DNA of 64,000 nucleotides from NCBI GenBank assembly GCA_018304505.1, contig JAGVWA010000001.1, forward strand, positions 1,537 through 65,536. The letters are read 5' to 3'. Of the stretch, positions 1-9,340 are shown piece by piece. The notes under the pieces are model-generated. The model saw only the letters and a list, made by a program, of their open reading frames with translations. It was not told the DNA's origin and did no database searches. Within the stretch, counting starts at the first letter, position 1. Each line of letters opens with the position of its first letter. This stretch comes from Nanobdellati archaeon (GTDB lineage: Archaea > B1Sed10-29 > JAGVWA01). A program made the translations under genes and the position numbers.

Positions 1-422
1 ATGGGGCTGACCGTTATCACAGACGCCGACACAATAACCACGCCGGCCATGGCAGGCAGAAGGAGGTCTACGAAATAGCCCGAAAAACCGAGCGCCACGG
101 TCGCGGCTGACGCGACGCCCATGGCGATCATGCTCCAGCCTACGAGGAATGATAGGAGTTTTTTCTTGAAAGCAGCCTCCACGTAGTGTGCTTCTGCCGC
201 GGTCTTTGCCGAGATACAAGACAGCTCGGCATAGCTAAACGCGGTGAAGGTCGCGATAAGGGCAGAGATTATGAATGAAATCCAGACAGAGTTGCCAGCC
301 ATGAGCGCTGTCTTGCCGATCAGGGCGTAGATACCTGCACCAAGGATGACGCCAACGCCGTAAACCAACAGGTCCTTGAATTCCAGTTTTCTAGCTAGTT
401 CTGTGTCTGGTGCTGTTTCCAT
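1..422 (-). CDS. APC-family amino acid permease, N-terminal part (gene runs off window start)
   Basis: Translating the minus strand from ATG (complement of 420-422) gives METAPDTELARKLEFKDLLVYGVGVILGAGIYALIGK... Glycine-rich TM1 is typical of APC transporters. No stop codon occurs before position 1. Confidence 0.55.
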   Translation of the reverse strand, partial: METAPDTELARKLEFKDLLVYGVGVILGAGIYALIGKTALMAGNSVWISFIISALIATFTAFSYAELSCISAKTAAEAHYVEAAFKKKLLSFLVGWSMIAMGVASAATVALGFSGYFVDLLLPAMAGVVIVSASVITVSP

Positions 423-511
423 CACTTGGATTTACAGCCATTGCATATTTAACAGTTCTTCTAGCATCATCTTACAGCCTACTTTTTAAATCAAGCCGGA
501 TTATTTGCGTC

Positions 512-1261
512 ATGAGCCAATTGGTGTACATCGTTGCGAGCACAGCCATTGTGAGCCTCGTATCGCTAGTGGGCATTGTAACACTGTCTGTTACGGACAG
601 GGCATTACAGCGTGTTTTGCAGCCCCTGGTGGCCTTGTCAGCAGGCGCCCTGCTTGGCGGGGCTTTGCTTCACTTGCTGCCAGAGGCTGTAGAGTTAATC
701 GGCAACACAATCGAGGTTTATGCCACGGTGCTAATTGGCTTTTCAATGTTCTTCTTCCTGGAAAAATTCATCCAGTGGCACCATCACCACGGGTCCGCCA
801 AGGAGCACAAGAAAAACAAGATCTCGCCGGTGTCGTACCTTGTCCTGGTTTCAGATGTTATACACAATTTTGTTGACGGCCTAATCATTGCGGCAAGCTA
901 TCTCGTAAGCATTCCACTGGGAGTCATAACAACCGGCGCGACAATACTCCACGAGATCCCGCAGGAAATCGGCGACTTTGCCTTGCTGATTCATGGCGGC
1001 ATGTCGAAAATCCGCGCGCTCAGGGTCAACTTCTTCACAGCATTGTCCAGCGTCGTCGGCGGGCTTGTTGGTTTCTATTTTGCGGGCACAATCGGGAATT
1101 CATTTGCGCTGCTGTTACCCCTAGCAGCAGGCCACTTTATTTACATCGCAGCAACTGACCTGATGCCAGAACTGGCAAAAGAGGGCTTCAAGGAAGGCAT
1201 GCAGCACTCGGCGTTCTTCATCACAGGGCTAGTCATAATGTACCTTCTCACACTCATTTGA
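512..1261 (+). CDS. zupT: ZIP-family divalent metal (zinc) transporter, ZupT-like
   Basis: Multi-TM protein with His-rich loop (HHHHGSAKEH) and HEIPQEIGDFALL, the ZIP signature. ATG at 512 chosen; the track ORF 410..1261 starts at a GTG that would overlap the divergent permease start. Confidence 0.8.
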   Translation: MSQLVYIVASTAIVSLVSLVGIVTLSVTDRALQRVLQPLVALSAGALLGGALLHLLPEAVELIGNTIEVYATVLIGFSMFFFLEKFIQWHHHHGSAKEHKKNKISPVSYLVLVSDVIHNFVDGLIIAASYLVSIPLGVITTGATILHEIPQEIGDFALLIHGGMSKIRALRVNFFTALSSVVGGLVGFYFAGTIGNSFALLLPLAAGHFIYIAATDLMPELAKEGFKEGMQHSAFFITGLVIMYLLTLI

Positions 1262-1301
1262 AGCACATAACTATTTATAGCAAAACACGGTAGTGAAATG
1301 C

Positions 1302-1997
1302 ATGACGATGCTGCAAATCCAGACGCAAGCCGCGGACATTCTGGGTCAAGTAAACGGGCAACAGCTTGTCCAAACGGCACAGGCACTGCAACTTTCGCCC
1401 GAGCAGACCTTCGTCATTCTGCAAAACCTCGCAATGTTCATTGTAGGCATAGCGATTTACTCCCTTGTAATATTCTATTTCTACAGATACATCGCTAAGC
1501 GGGACTTCCTAGTACTTGACTTGTCGAGATACGAAGGAAAGCGCTTTGGCCTAGCAAGGATGATCATCCCATCTATACTATACATAGTGAGGTACGTCCT
1601 CATTGTGCCGGTAACCATCTTCGCTAGCCTATTGATTTTGTCAGGCCTGCTGCTCCTACTGTCAAGGACTACAAACGTCGCCAACGTTCTGTTGATGAGC
1701 ATGGCCATTATTGGCGCAGTCCGAGTAACAGCATATGTGAATGAGGACCTATCAAAAGACCTGGCCAAGCTCCTGCCGTTCGCGCTGCTTGGCGTATTCA
1801 TAATTGACGCGACGTTCTTCAACCCGCAAGCAGCAATAGATGCCCTAACGACAGAACTTGGAAACATCGACCTCTGGGTCACGTTGACATACTACTTTGC
1901 ATTCATTGTCGCGCTAGAGTTCGCCATCAGGATACTACACCTAATTGGATCAAAGCTGTTTTTCAGGCAACCCGAAACCAAGATAAAGAATAAATAA
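1302..1997 (+). CDS. hypothetical integral membrane protein
   Basis: ORF 1293..1997; hydrophobic helices, no recognisable motif. TATA-like ctatttatag sits ~25 nt upstream. Confidence 0.4.
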   Translation: MTMLQIQTQAADILGQVNGQQLVQTAQALQLSPEQTFVILQNLAMFIVGIAIYSLVIFYFYRYIAKRDFLVLDLSRYEGKRFGLARMIIPSILYIVRYVLIVPVTIFASLLILSGLLLLLSRTTNVANVLLMSMAIIGAVRVTAYVNEDLSKDLAKLLPFALLGVFIIDATFFNPQAAIDALTTELGNIDLWVTLTYYFAFIVALEFAIRILHLIGSKLFFRQPETKIKNK

Positions 1998-2021
1998 AAC
2001 CAACAGCATTAATTGAAGCGC

Positions 2022-3149
2022 ATGGAAAAAATCACAGCCAATGGAAAGCAGATACACCTTCTTGGGGTGGCGCACGTCTCACGGCAGAGCATCCGCGACG
2101 TCAAGGACGCAATTGAAAAGGTCAAACCAGACACAATCGCGGTTGAACTGGACAAGAAACGCGCAGAGATTCTAAAGAAGAAAAAAACCTGGGACAACAA
2201 GCAGCTCTCGCACATCGTCACTGAAGGCAACACAAACCTCTTTCTGACCCAAGTGCTGCTTGGGAACTTCCAAGCCAAACTCGGAAAAGACCTAAAGGTA
2301 AAACCGGGCGCGGAAATGCTGGCCGCTGTCCGCGAAGCGGAAAAACGCGACATTCCAGTGGTGCTGGCAGACCGACCGATTGACGTGACACTGCGCCGGG
2401 CCTGGGCCGCAATGGGAATTTTCGAGAAATTCAAGCTGCTGGGTAGCCTCGTATCCGGAGTCTTCAGCAGCGAAACCATAAGCAAGGAAGAGATTGAGCA
2501 GCTCAAGAAGACAGACGTCATTACCGAGTTAATGAACGAAATGGCGCGCGAGATGCCAAAAGCCAAACACGTTCTTGTCGACGAGCGCGACGCATACCTC
2601 GCCAAGAAGATCAAAACCGCGCAAGGCAAGCGCATACTTGCTGTCGTAGGGGCCGGCCATGTCAATGGAGTCAAACAATGGCTCAAAAAGAAAATCCCTG
2701 AAGAGCAACCCATAAGGCCAAGCAAAATCAAATACCTGCTCTGGCTCATCCCCCTCATTTTCATTGCGATCCTCTACCAGGGCTTCACAAAAGGCGGCCT
2801 AGACTTCACGATAGACTTGTTCATGAAGTGGTTCATCATCAACGGCGCACTCAGCGCCGCAGGTGCACTGCTTGCACGCGGCCACTGGAAATCAGTATTA
2901 GCGGCGTTTGTCGCGGCCCCTTTCACTTCATTAAATCCCGGCATTAGCGCGGGCATTGTCGCGGGCGCAGTAGAATTGAAGGTGCGCATGCCGAAGGTCA
3001 AGGATGTCGAGAGCTTGAGAAAACTAAAATCATTTTCTGATTATACAAAAAACAGCGTGACGCGGGTAATGATGGTGGCCGCGTTTTCAAACATCGGCAG
3101 CACAATCGGCACGTTCTTGGCGCTACCTTATTTAGGAAGCTTGCTCTAA
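2022..3149 (+). CDS. TraB/PrgY-family protein with C-terminal transmembrane domain
   Basis: N-terminus ...HLLGVAHVSRQSIRDV...PDTIAVELDKKRAE matches the TraB family signature (GTAHVS...VELD). C-terminal ~120 aa is hydrophobic. Confidence 0.7.
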   Translation: MEKITANGKQIHLLGVAHVSRQSIRDVKDAIEKVKPDTIAVELDKKRAEILKKKKTWDNKQLSHIVTEGNTNLFLTQVLLGNFQAKLGKDLKVKPGAEMLAAVREAEKRDIPVVLADRPIDVTLRRAWAAMGIFEKFKLLGSLVSGVFSSETISKEEIEQLKKTDVITELMNEMAREMPKAKHVLVDERDAYLAKKIKTAQGKRILAVVGAGHVNGVKQWLKKKIPEEQPIRPSKIKYLLWLIPLIFIAILYQGFTKGGLDFTIDLFMKWFIINGALSAAGALLARGHWKSVLAAFVAAPFTSLNPGISAGIVAGAVELKVRMPKVKDVESLRKLKSFSDYTKNSVTRVMMVAAFSNIGSTIGTFLALPYLGSLL

Positions 3150-3157
3150 CCCATTTC

Positions 3158-3790
3158 ATGGCAGAGAAGCGCATCGTTTTCAAGAACAGCGCCGGGCAAA
3201 AACTCGTTGGCATTTTAAATATGCCGAAACCAGGATCCCCCATAGTAGTTTTTGGGCACGGCCTGCACAGTGGCAAAAACAGTCCGCGCAACACCATGAT
3301 CGCTGGCGAATTGAACAAAAAAGGAATTTCGACATTTCTGATCGACTTGCGCGGGCACGGAGAAAGCGAGGGCAACGTTGAAGAATCAACGTTGGAAGAC
3401 CTAGGGAACGACCTGGCGAGCGCTGTAAAAGCGCTAGAGGACGAAGATGTTGACCTAACGCGCCTTGGGGGTTCTGGTTCTAGTACCGGCGGCGTAGTGT
3501 GTTTATTGAGCAAAGTTAAATTCAAGACCTGCGTTTTCCGGGCCACACCGTGGCAGGACTACTATCAACTTGCCAAGGGTGTGAAGTTTCCATGCCTCTT
3601 CATCATCGGCGGCGACGACCAAATCATCCTGGACATGACGAACGAATTCCTGAACAACTTCAAGGCGCCACATGAAGTGCATATAATTCCAAATGCCGAA
3701 CACTTGTTCGAGGGCCATGAAACGGAAATGCTTGATAAAACAGTGAAATGGTTCACAAAGCACCTGCTGAGTAACGACAACATTAAATAA
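3158..3790 (+). CDS. alpha/beta hydrolase (dienelactone hydrolase-like)
   Basis: GxSxG nucleophile elbow (GSSTG) and a terminal His (NAEHLFEGHE); fold pattern HGLHSG...DLRGHGESEG. Confidence 0.6.
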   Translation: MAEKRIVFKNSAGQKLVGILNMPKPGSPIVVFGHGLHSGKNSPRNTMIAGELNKKGISTFLIDLRGHGESEGNVEESTLEDLGNDLASAVKALEDEDVDLTRLGGSGSSTGGVVCLLSKVKFKTCVFRATPWQDYYQLAKGVKFPCLFIIGGDDQIILDMTNEFLNNFKAPHEVHIIPNAEHLFEGHETEMLDKTVKWFTKHLLSNDNIK

Positions 3791-3812
3791 CCCGGCGTCA
3801 TTATTGAGCATT

Positions 3813-5168
3813 ATGAAGCTACGATGGTACGTGCTGTTGCTGCCAATGCTAATCCTGACGGCACAACTTGGCTTTTCGCAGGCGAGCGTTTGCATTGACT
3901 ATGAACTAAACGCGACAAATGCGCAATTACTTGGGCAGCAATCGCTGGCAGCGCTGAACTTCGAAAAGGCAGGCCTGTGCAACGCCCAGAATCTTCAACT
4001 GACACAATGCACATCGAATTACAAAAAGGCAGCAGACATCTATGTTCAACTTAAGAAAAGCCGCGAAGCTGCTGCTGATTATGACGGCGCGGCAATCTGT
4101 GCACAACAGAACAGCAAGAACACGGACTGCGCGACCCTGTCCATTAGTGCTGCGGAACTGTACAACCAGCTTCTTGATTCCGGAAAAGCAGCTGCCGCCT
4201 ACCTGCGGGCCGCGGTGTGTTATGAAAAAACAACCATGAAAACACCGACCCTTGACAATTACATAAAAGCAGCAGAGGCCTTCAAGAACAACAACGACTA
4301 CGAACAGGCTGACAAGCAATACGAAAAGGCCATAGCGCTTGTTGAAACACAACGCACGCGTACAGCACAACAGTGCAGCCTGTATGCAGAGCGCGGCGCG
4401 ATTTACGAAGATGCAGGCCTGACAACAGGCGCTGCTGCATTCCATAGCCAAGCAGCAGAATGCTACTCTGAAATCAAAGAAAGAAACCTCTGCGAACAAG
4501 CAGCAACAAAGGCAGCGCAACTCACTGCAGACTTTTCAGACATCCAAAGCACACAATATTATGAGCTCGCAGGCAAGTGCTTTGAAAACCCGGGAACTGA
4601 CTTTTCATTAATACAGAAGTGCGACTACTACAACAACCTCGCGGCCACGAAATACAAAAACCTCGAAACCCTAGATAAGGCAGCAGAGGCATACAAAAAC
4701 GTCGCGCTGTGCCATGCGCGCGACCAGGTAAAAACCCTCGTGTCAGATAACTATTACCTGTGCGCAGGAGCTTATCTGCAGGCCGCGCTTGAAGTCGAGA
4801 ACATCCTAAACGCCCTTGACACCTATGACGAGGCCATAGCGTGCTTCATTGCAAACAAGGACACTGAAAAGGCAGAACTTGTACGGCAGTACGTGCGGGA
4901 AATGCAAAGCACCGGCTCATCAGGCATTGACATTGTCGACCTTGCGAACAACCCCGGCAAAAGCCTGAGGCCAAAACCAGCAGCAAACGCCACAGAGCAG
5001 GAACCAGAAGCCACAGAGCCAACAGGGCCAGAGTCAACATCAAGGAGCCCCATTTTTCTCGTGCTGATTCTGATCCTCGGCATCGTCATAATACTCGGGT
5101 TTTTCTACTACCAAAGGATTAAAAAGATGAAAGAACAAGAAGACACTGAACAACCGATGCGGTTCTAG
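3813..5168 (+). CDS. secreted Cys/Ala-rich TPR-like repeat protein with C-terminal membrane anchor
   Basis: N-terminal signal peptide (MKLRWYVLLLPMLILTAQLGFSQA). Repeated KAAEAYK / KAAEAFK helical motifs, a Pro/Thr/Glu linker, then a TM helix plus basic tail (IFLVLILILGIVIILGFFYYQRIKK). Confidence 0.45.
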   Translation: MKLRWYVLLLPMLILTAQLGFSQASVCIDYELNATNAQLLGQQSLAALNFEKAGLCNAQNLQLTQCTSNYKKAADIYVQLKKSREAAADYDGAAICAQQNSKNTDCATLSISAAELYNQLLDSGKAAAAYLRAAVCYEKTTMKTPTLDNYIKAAEAFKNNNDYEQADKQYEKAIALVETQRTRTAQQCSLYAERGAIYEDAGLTTGAAAFHSQAAECYSEIKERNLCEQAATKAAQLTADFSDIQSTQYYELAGKCFENPGTDFSLIQKCDYYNNLAATKYKNLETLDKAAEAYKNVALCHARDQVKTLVSDNYYLCAGAYLQAALEVENILNALDTYDEAIACFIANKDTEKAELVRQYVREMQSTGSSGIDIVDLANNPGKSLRPKPAANATEQEPEATEPTGPESTSRSPIFLVLILILGIVIILGFFYYQRIKKMKEQEDTEQPMRF

Positions 5169-5188
5169 CAACACAGAAGGAATGTAAA

Positions 5189-5995
5189 ATGGTAGTTTTC
5201 GAAACCATCGCAGGCATTATCATTGGGATCATCATACTCAAAGGCATAACCATAGTGAACCAGTACGAACGCGCAGTAAAACTGAGGCTGGGCAAGTACA
5301 CCGGCATACTAGAACCCGGCATGCACTACGTCATCCCATTAGTTGAGCGCATCGAAATGGTAGACACCAGAATCATGACCATTGACATACCAAAACAAGA
5401 GGTCATGACCAAGGATAACGTGCCAGTGGGCATCAACGCAGTAATCTATGCGAAGGTCAAGGACCCGGAAAAAGCCATCCTAAACGTGCGCGATTTTCAT
5501 TATGCCGTGTCAAAATACGGCCAGACCTCATTGAGAAACGTGACTGGCGAAGCCACACTAGATGAGGTTCTTTCTGAACGAGAAAAGATAGCAAGCAAGC
5601 TAGAAAAAATCGTCGACATTGCAACTGCCCCGTGGGGCATTGATGTAACGAATATTGAACTACAGGACATCGAATTACCTGAATCGCTAAAGAGAACAAT
5701 GGCGAAACAAGCAGAGGCAGAACGGGAAAAGCGAGCCACCATTATCAATGCTGAAGGTGAAGTCATTGCAGCTGACAACGTGGCCAAGGCGGCAAGGACA
5801 CTAGCAAGCGCGCCAGGAGCACTACACTTAAGGACATTGCAGACCATCAACGACTTGTCAAGCGACCAATCAAACACCGTGATTTTCGCCGTCCCACTAG
5901 AAGTGCTAAGGGCCTTCGAAGCCGTCGCCGAGTCAAACCCCGAAGTGGCCAAGAAGTTCACAAGCGCCATTAAGAAAGCCACAAAGAAGAAATAA
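5189..5995 (+). CDS. SPFH/band-7 (stomatin/prohibitin-like) membrane protein
   Basis: N-terminal TM followed by an SPFH domain (IVNQYERAVKLRLGKY...PKQEVMTKDNV...) and a coiled-coil tail; GGA RBS upstream. Confidence 0.85.
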   Translation: MVVFETIAGIIIGIIILKGITIVNQYERAVKLRLGKYTGILEPGMHYVIPLVERIEMVDTRIMTIDIPKQEVMTKDNVPVGINAVIYAKVKDPEKAILNVRDFHYAVSKYGQTSLRNVTGEATLDEVLSEREKIASKLEKIVDIATAPWGIDVTNIELQDIELPESLKRTMAKQAEAEREKRATIINAEGEVIAADNVAKAARTLASAPGALHLRTLQTINDLSSDQSNTVIFAVPLEVLRAFEAVAESNPEVAKKFTSAIKKATKKK

Positions 5996-6085
5996 CTCGT
6001 ACCTTTTTTTGAGCACGAGCAGCTTTGCACTTTAATTGACGTGATTTGTCATTGTGAACTACATACAAGCCGTTCCATTACACAA

Positions 6086-6097
6086 CATTTATAAACC
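6086..6097. repeat. 12-nt direct repeat CATTTATAAACC, left flank of AT-rich island
   Basis: An identical 12-mer recurs at 7250-7261. Both lie in a longer imperfect repeat (ccattacacaac...catttataaacc vs ccaccacaacc...catttataaacc). Confidence 0.6.
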
Positions 6098-6179
6098 TAT
6101 AAAATTAGAATTTTCACATCTTTAGGATTAATTACATTCAAGAATAAGTTTATATATCCTAAGATTTTCGTCATAGTAG

Positions 6180-6419
6180 GTGATAAATATCAATATAACA
6201 TTTGAGGATTCGGCAAAGGGAGAAATACTCACATTGCTAGACAAAAAAATCAATGCTGATGGCTTAATTGTTGAGAGAGCAAATCCTAATCAAAAAGTTC
6301 TAACTTTTGAGGGCGAAGAAATATCAATAAATGACTTTGGAGGCGTTAAAAAAGGCTCTGAAGTTTTTATAAAAGATAATTTAATTTCTTTAATGAAACT
6401 CTCAAAAGAAGGCATATAA
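6180..6419 (+). CDS. hypothetical small protein, gene 1 of AT-rich island
   Basis: 79-aa ORF in a ~30% GC island. Its stop TAA shares 1 nt with the ATG of the next ORF, suggesting translational coupling. Confidence 0.4.
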   Translation: MININITFEDSAKGEILTLLDKKINADGLIVERANPNQKVLTFEGEEISINDFGGVKKGSEVFIKDNLISLMKLSKEGI

Positions 6420-7204
6420 TGACTTGGTTTGATAAATTAAAAGGAATTCTAAACATTGATATTAAAACCCCAATCCTTTCTCTCAATTTTAATTCTAACA
6501 ACAAAGTGACTAATAAATACTATGTTAGTCTTGAAAGAGAACTTGATATTAATTTAGCGGCCCTAAGTCCGAAACAAAAGCAGGATATCAAAAAAATCTT
6601 CCCACAAATTTTAGCCAATGAAAAAACTATTTTTAAAAAAGAAACTTTAGACTTATTTGATAGTATTAATGACTACAATAAGAATAAAGAAGGAAAACAA
6701 ATATTGACATTTTTTGAGAATAAAATTCCAAAATATGATTTAGAAGCACTAAATGCTTCACTTTACTTGAGGAGTGTATTTAGAAAAAGAAAAGATATTA
6801 AGAAATTAAAACAGGATATAAATACTACTTTTGGAACTCGCGGAAACAATATCTCAAATTTATGTACTGCAGGCTATTTTGATAATTTTTTAATGGAACT
6901 CTACAATTCTTCACCAGGAACTTTTAATGGCTTATATGAGGATATTGTTTCAAATAAGGCATTAGCTGTTTTTGTAAATGAGCATATGACTAAAGAAAAG
7001 ATTACAGAAGATATTAAAAATAAATTGGATGTATCTAAAAAATATGGAATCAAATTTGTCCATATCCATGGAATAGGAACATCCACTGTTAAAAAAATCA
7101 ATGAATATATTGAAAATAAAGAAAAAAAAGATTTTGATACATTTCATCCTAAGAAAATCCTTAAGGAAGAAAATATTATCATAGTCGAATTAATATTAAA
7201 ATAG
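6419..7204 (+). CDS. hypothetical Lys/Asn-rich protein, gene 2 of AT-rich island
   Basis: 261 aa with strongly AT-biased codon usage unlike its neighbours. C-terminal ...KFVHIHGIGTSTVKKINEYIE is weakly Smr-like; no confident family assignment. Confidence 0.4.
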   Translation: MTWFDKLKGILNIDIKTPILSLNFNSNNKVTNKYYVSLERELDINLAALSPKQKQDIKKIFPQILANEKTIFKKETLDLFDSINDYNKNKEGKQILTFFENKIPKYDLEALNASLYLRSVFRKRKDIKKLKQDINTTFGTRGNNISNLCTAGYFDNFLMELYNSSPGTFNGLYEDIVSNKALAVFVNEHMTKEKITEDIKNKLDVSKKYGIKFVHIHGIGTSTVKKINEYIENKEKKDFDTFHPKKILKEENIIIVELILK

Positions 7205-7249
7205 AGTTTTAACAGATATAACTTATGTGCAAAGCCACCACAACCAAAG

Positions 7250-7261
7250 CATTTATAAACC
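7250..7261. repeat. 12-nt direct repeat CATTTATAAACC, right flank of AT-rich island (may double as dys TATA box)
   Basis: See 6086-6097. Confidence 0.6.
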
Positions 7262-7369
7262 CCAAAAACACGAATAATATTGGCAATGAGGATACCGTCC
7301 CGGACTGATTTGGACACATGAAGAACGGAGTAACTACTGAGCCACTGACATTAACTTGTTATCCCAACT

Positions 7370-8341
7370 ATGCTCTGTGGTCAAATGGAAAAGAAAGACC
7401 TGAAACCAATAAACGACATCAAACTAAACAAGGGCACAACCCAAGACGACATGGTACGGCAAATGCGCGACTCTGGAGGCTTTGTTGCCAAAAAACTCGG
7501 CATTGGAGTTGACATTCTCCAAGACATGGTTTCTGATTCTGACATGCGCGTCATCCTAAGCTTCCCAGCAGCGATCATTTCTACCGGCTGCCGCGGAATA
7601 ATTAAAGACTTAGTGAAGAACAAGCTTGTCGACGCCGTAATAACAACATGCGGCACGCTAGACCATGACCTCGCCCGCGTGTGGCGCGACTACTACCACG
7701 GCGCATTTGAAATGGATGACAAAAAACTCCATCAAGAAAACATCAACCGCGAAGGCAACATATTAATTCCAAACGAATCGTATGGGGAAATTCTTGAGCA
7801 AAAAATGCAGCCGCTGCTATTGAAGTGGTACAATGACGGAGACCGCGACATGGCGCCGCATGAGCTTGTTTGGAAATTCGGCGAAGCACTGGAAAACGAA
7901 GAAAACCGAGAAGAGTCGATCACGTACTGGGCTTGGAAGAACCAAATACCAGTGTTCATTCCGGGCCCGACAGACGGAGCCTGGGGGTGGCAAATGTGGT
8001 ACTTCTACCAGCAGGGCCACAAGGACTTCAACTTAAACTTAATGAAAGAAGCCGATGCTGTTTCTGATTTTGTGCACTCCTCTAAACGGCTTGGCGCACT
8101 GATGCTGGGCGGCGGAATCAGCAAGCACCACACCATCTGGTGGAGCCAGTTCAAGGAAGGGCTTGACAAGGCAGTGTACATTACAACTGCGCCGGAGTGG
8201 GACGGATCGCTCTCGGGCGCACGCTTGCGAGAAGCCGTCAGCTGGGGCAAAGTAAAAGAAGACGCCGACTACGTGACGATTGAAGGCGACGCCACTGTGC
8301 TTTTGCCCCTAATGATTGCCTCATTGTATCAGAGGTTGTGA
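7370..8341 (+). CDS. dys: deoxyhypusine synthase
   Basis: Motifs GGFVAKKLG, ITTCGTLDHD, GPTDGAWG, LGGGISKHH and EAVSWGK are characteristic of deoxyhypusine synthase. Confidence 0.9.
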   Translation: MLCGQMEKKDLKPINDIKLNKGTTQDDMVRQMRDSGGFVAKKLGIGVDILQDMVSDSDMRVILSFPAAIISTGCRGIIKDLVKNKLVDAVITTCGTLDHDLARVWRDYYHGAFEMDDKKLHQENINREGNILIPNESYGEILEQKMQPLLLKWYNDGDRDMAPHELVWKFGEALENEENREESITYWAWKNQIPVFIPGPTDGAWGWQMWYFYQQGHKDFNLNLMKEADAVSDFVHSSKRLGALMLGGGISKHHTIWWSQFKEGLDKAVYITTAPEWDGSLSGARLREAVSWGKVKEDADYVTIEGDATVLLPLMIASLYQRL

Positions 8342-8430
8342 TTTTCGGTATATGGGCACGCGCAGGATCAGCAGACGACTACATGCTGTGATAGAAATAA
8401 TTGGGCATGGCAAAACCGTTTTATATCATG

Positions 8431-8446
8431 TAGTACATATGTACTA
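8431..8446. promoter_or_regulatory. 16-bp perfect palindrome TAGTACATATGTACTA overlapping the RHH start codon; putative autoregulatory operator
   Basis: Read directly. A second inverted repeat aaaac-c-gtttt lies at 8412-8422, with TATA-like ttttatat at 8419-8426. Confidence 0.5.
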
Positions 8447-8681
8447 CGGTGATTTTACGGCAACAGTGCAAGTTAGGCTGACTGCTGATCTTGAAAAACT
8501 CATAAGTGCAGCTGTAAAAAAAGGATTTTATGCGAACAAGTCAGAATTCATAAGAGACGCAATACGCGCGAGGTTTGAACCTGAACTTAGAGACGAGGTG
8601 CTTGCTGAACTCGCCAAGCGATCCAAGTCAAAGAAATTCGTTAGTCATGAAGCAATTATGCAAGAGTTCGGATTGGCATGA
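8439..8681 (+). CDS. ribbon-helix-helix (CopG/ParD-like) DNA-binding protein, putative antitoxin
   Basis: VQVRLTADLEKLISAAVKKGFYANKSEFIRDAIRARF is a canonical ribbon-helix-helix fold. The ATG sits at the centre of a 16-bp perfect palindrome. The stop overlaps the ATG of the RelE remnant as ATGA. Confidence 0.6.
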   Translation: MYYGDFTATVQVRLTADLEKLISAAVKKGFYANKSEFIRDAIRARFEPELRDEVLAELAKRSKSKKFVSHEAIMQEFGLA

Positions 8682-8818
8682 CATTCACCATAGCATGGGA
8701 CTACCGGGCTTTGATCGAAATAAAACTGATCGAAAAAGAAGTAAAGGTGCAGATGATTTCTCACAGAAAAAACATTTACAAGCGACTGGTACACATGGTG
8801 CAATCGAGGAAAAAATGA
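8678..8818 (+). pseudogene. truncated RelE/ParE-like toxin remnant (46 codons)
   Basis: MTFTIAWDYRALIEIKLIEKEVKVQMISHRKNIYKRLVHMVQSRKK resembles only the C-terminal half of RelE (R/WxDYRhhYEI...v.il.IgHRK.iY). The 4-nt ATGA overlap with the upstream RHH gene is typical of a toxin-antitoxin pair. Confidence 0.35.
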
Positions 8819-8840
8819 GCTGCTGTGCCCCTAATCGCTT

Positions 8841-9254
8841 TTAGTGGCCCTTCTTCTTGTCGCCGTAAGTCTGATCTTCGAGAAGGATTGCGTTTACGAC
8901 TCCATGCTGGCCCGGCCTGCTGGTGATCCTGGCTTTGCCCGCCTCGGTGTCAATTATGGCGCCTTTTGTGAGGATGTTTCGCCGTGCCAGATTCACATTA
9001 GCCTTGTTCTCGATCTCGGTCTTTATCTTGGCCTTCTTGTAGGCCTTTGTTTTTGGATCTAAAACATTGGCTTCGTCAGCGTGTTTCAGCTTTATCGTCA
9101 TAGCCCCACCTTTCTGTTTCTTCGTAACCTTGCTGGTCTTTCCAATAGTGGTATTCGTCGGTAAACTGCCCATTTCGTACTTTTTCTTCTCACGAATGTA
9201 GCGCTTTCTTCCGCCTGTTGGTTTTCTTAAATCGTGCCTGTGCGTAACTGCCAT
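8841..9254 (-). CDS. rps8e: 30S ribosomal protein S8e
   Basis: N-terminus MAVTHRHDLRKPTGGRKR matches the S8e signature. Confidence 0.9.
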   Translation of the reverse strand: MAVTHRHDLRKPTGGRKRYIREKKKYEMGSLPTNTTIGKTSKVTKKQKGGAMTIKLKHADEANVLDPKTKAYKKAKIKTEIENKANVNLARRNILTKGAIIDTEAGKARITSRPGQHGVVNAILLEDQTYGDKKKGH

Positions 9255-9340
9255 GCATGCTCACCAATATAGGAATATTTTGTGCTTGGCTGGGTTTAAA
9301 AAGCTTTGCGTATATATACCCTGAAATGCACAATAAGCAA

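Noticed and set aside
410-511. Upstream GTG start (410) for the ZIP transporter as given in the ORF track
   Set aside because: It would overlap the divergent permease start codon (420-422) and add a non-conserved hydrophobic extension. ATG at 512 leaves a 90-bp divergent promoter region.
2009-2764. 251-aa minus-strand ORF
   Set aside because: Fully antisense to the TraB-family gene, Ser/Arg-rich shadow-frame composition. The same reasoning was applied to other long antisense ORFs inside confident genes, e.g. 3927-4520, 5500-6030, 23825-24343, 47160-47822, 38436-39074 and 61793-62362.
8575-8844. 89-aa ORF overlapping the 3' end of the RHH gene
   Set aside because: It lies in a different frame overlapping two better-supported reading frames (RHH and the RelE remnant), with no motif. 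Likely spurious.
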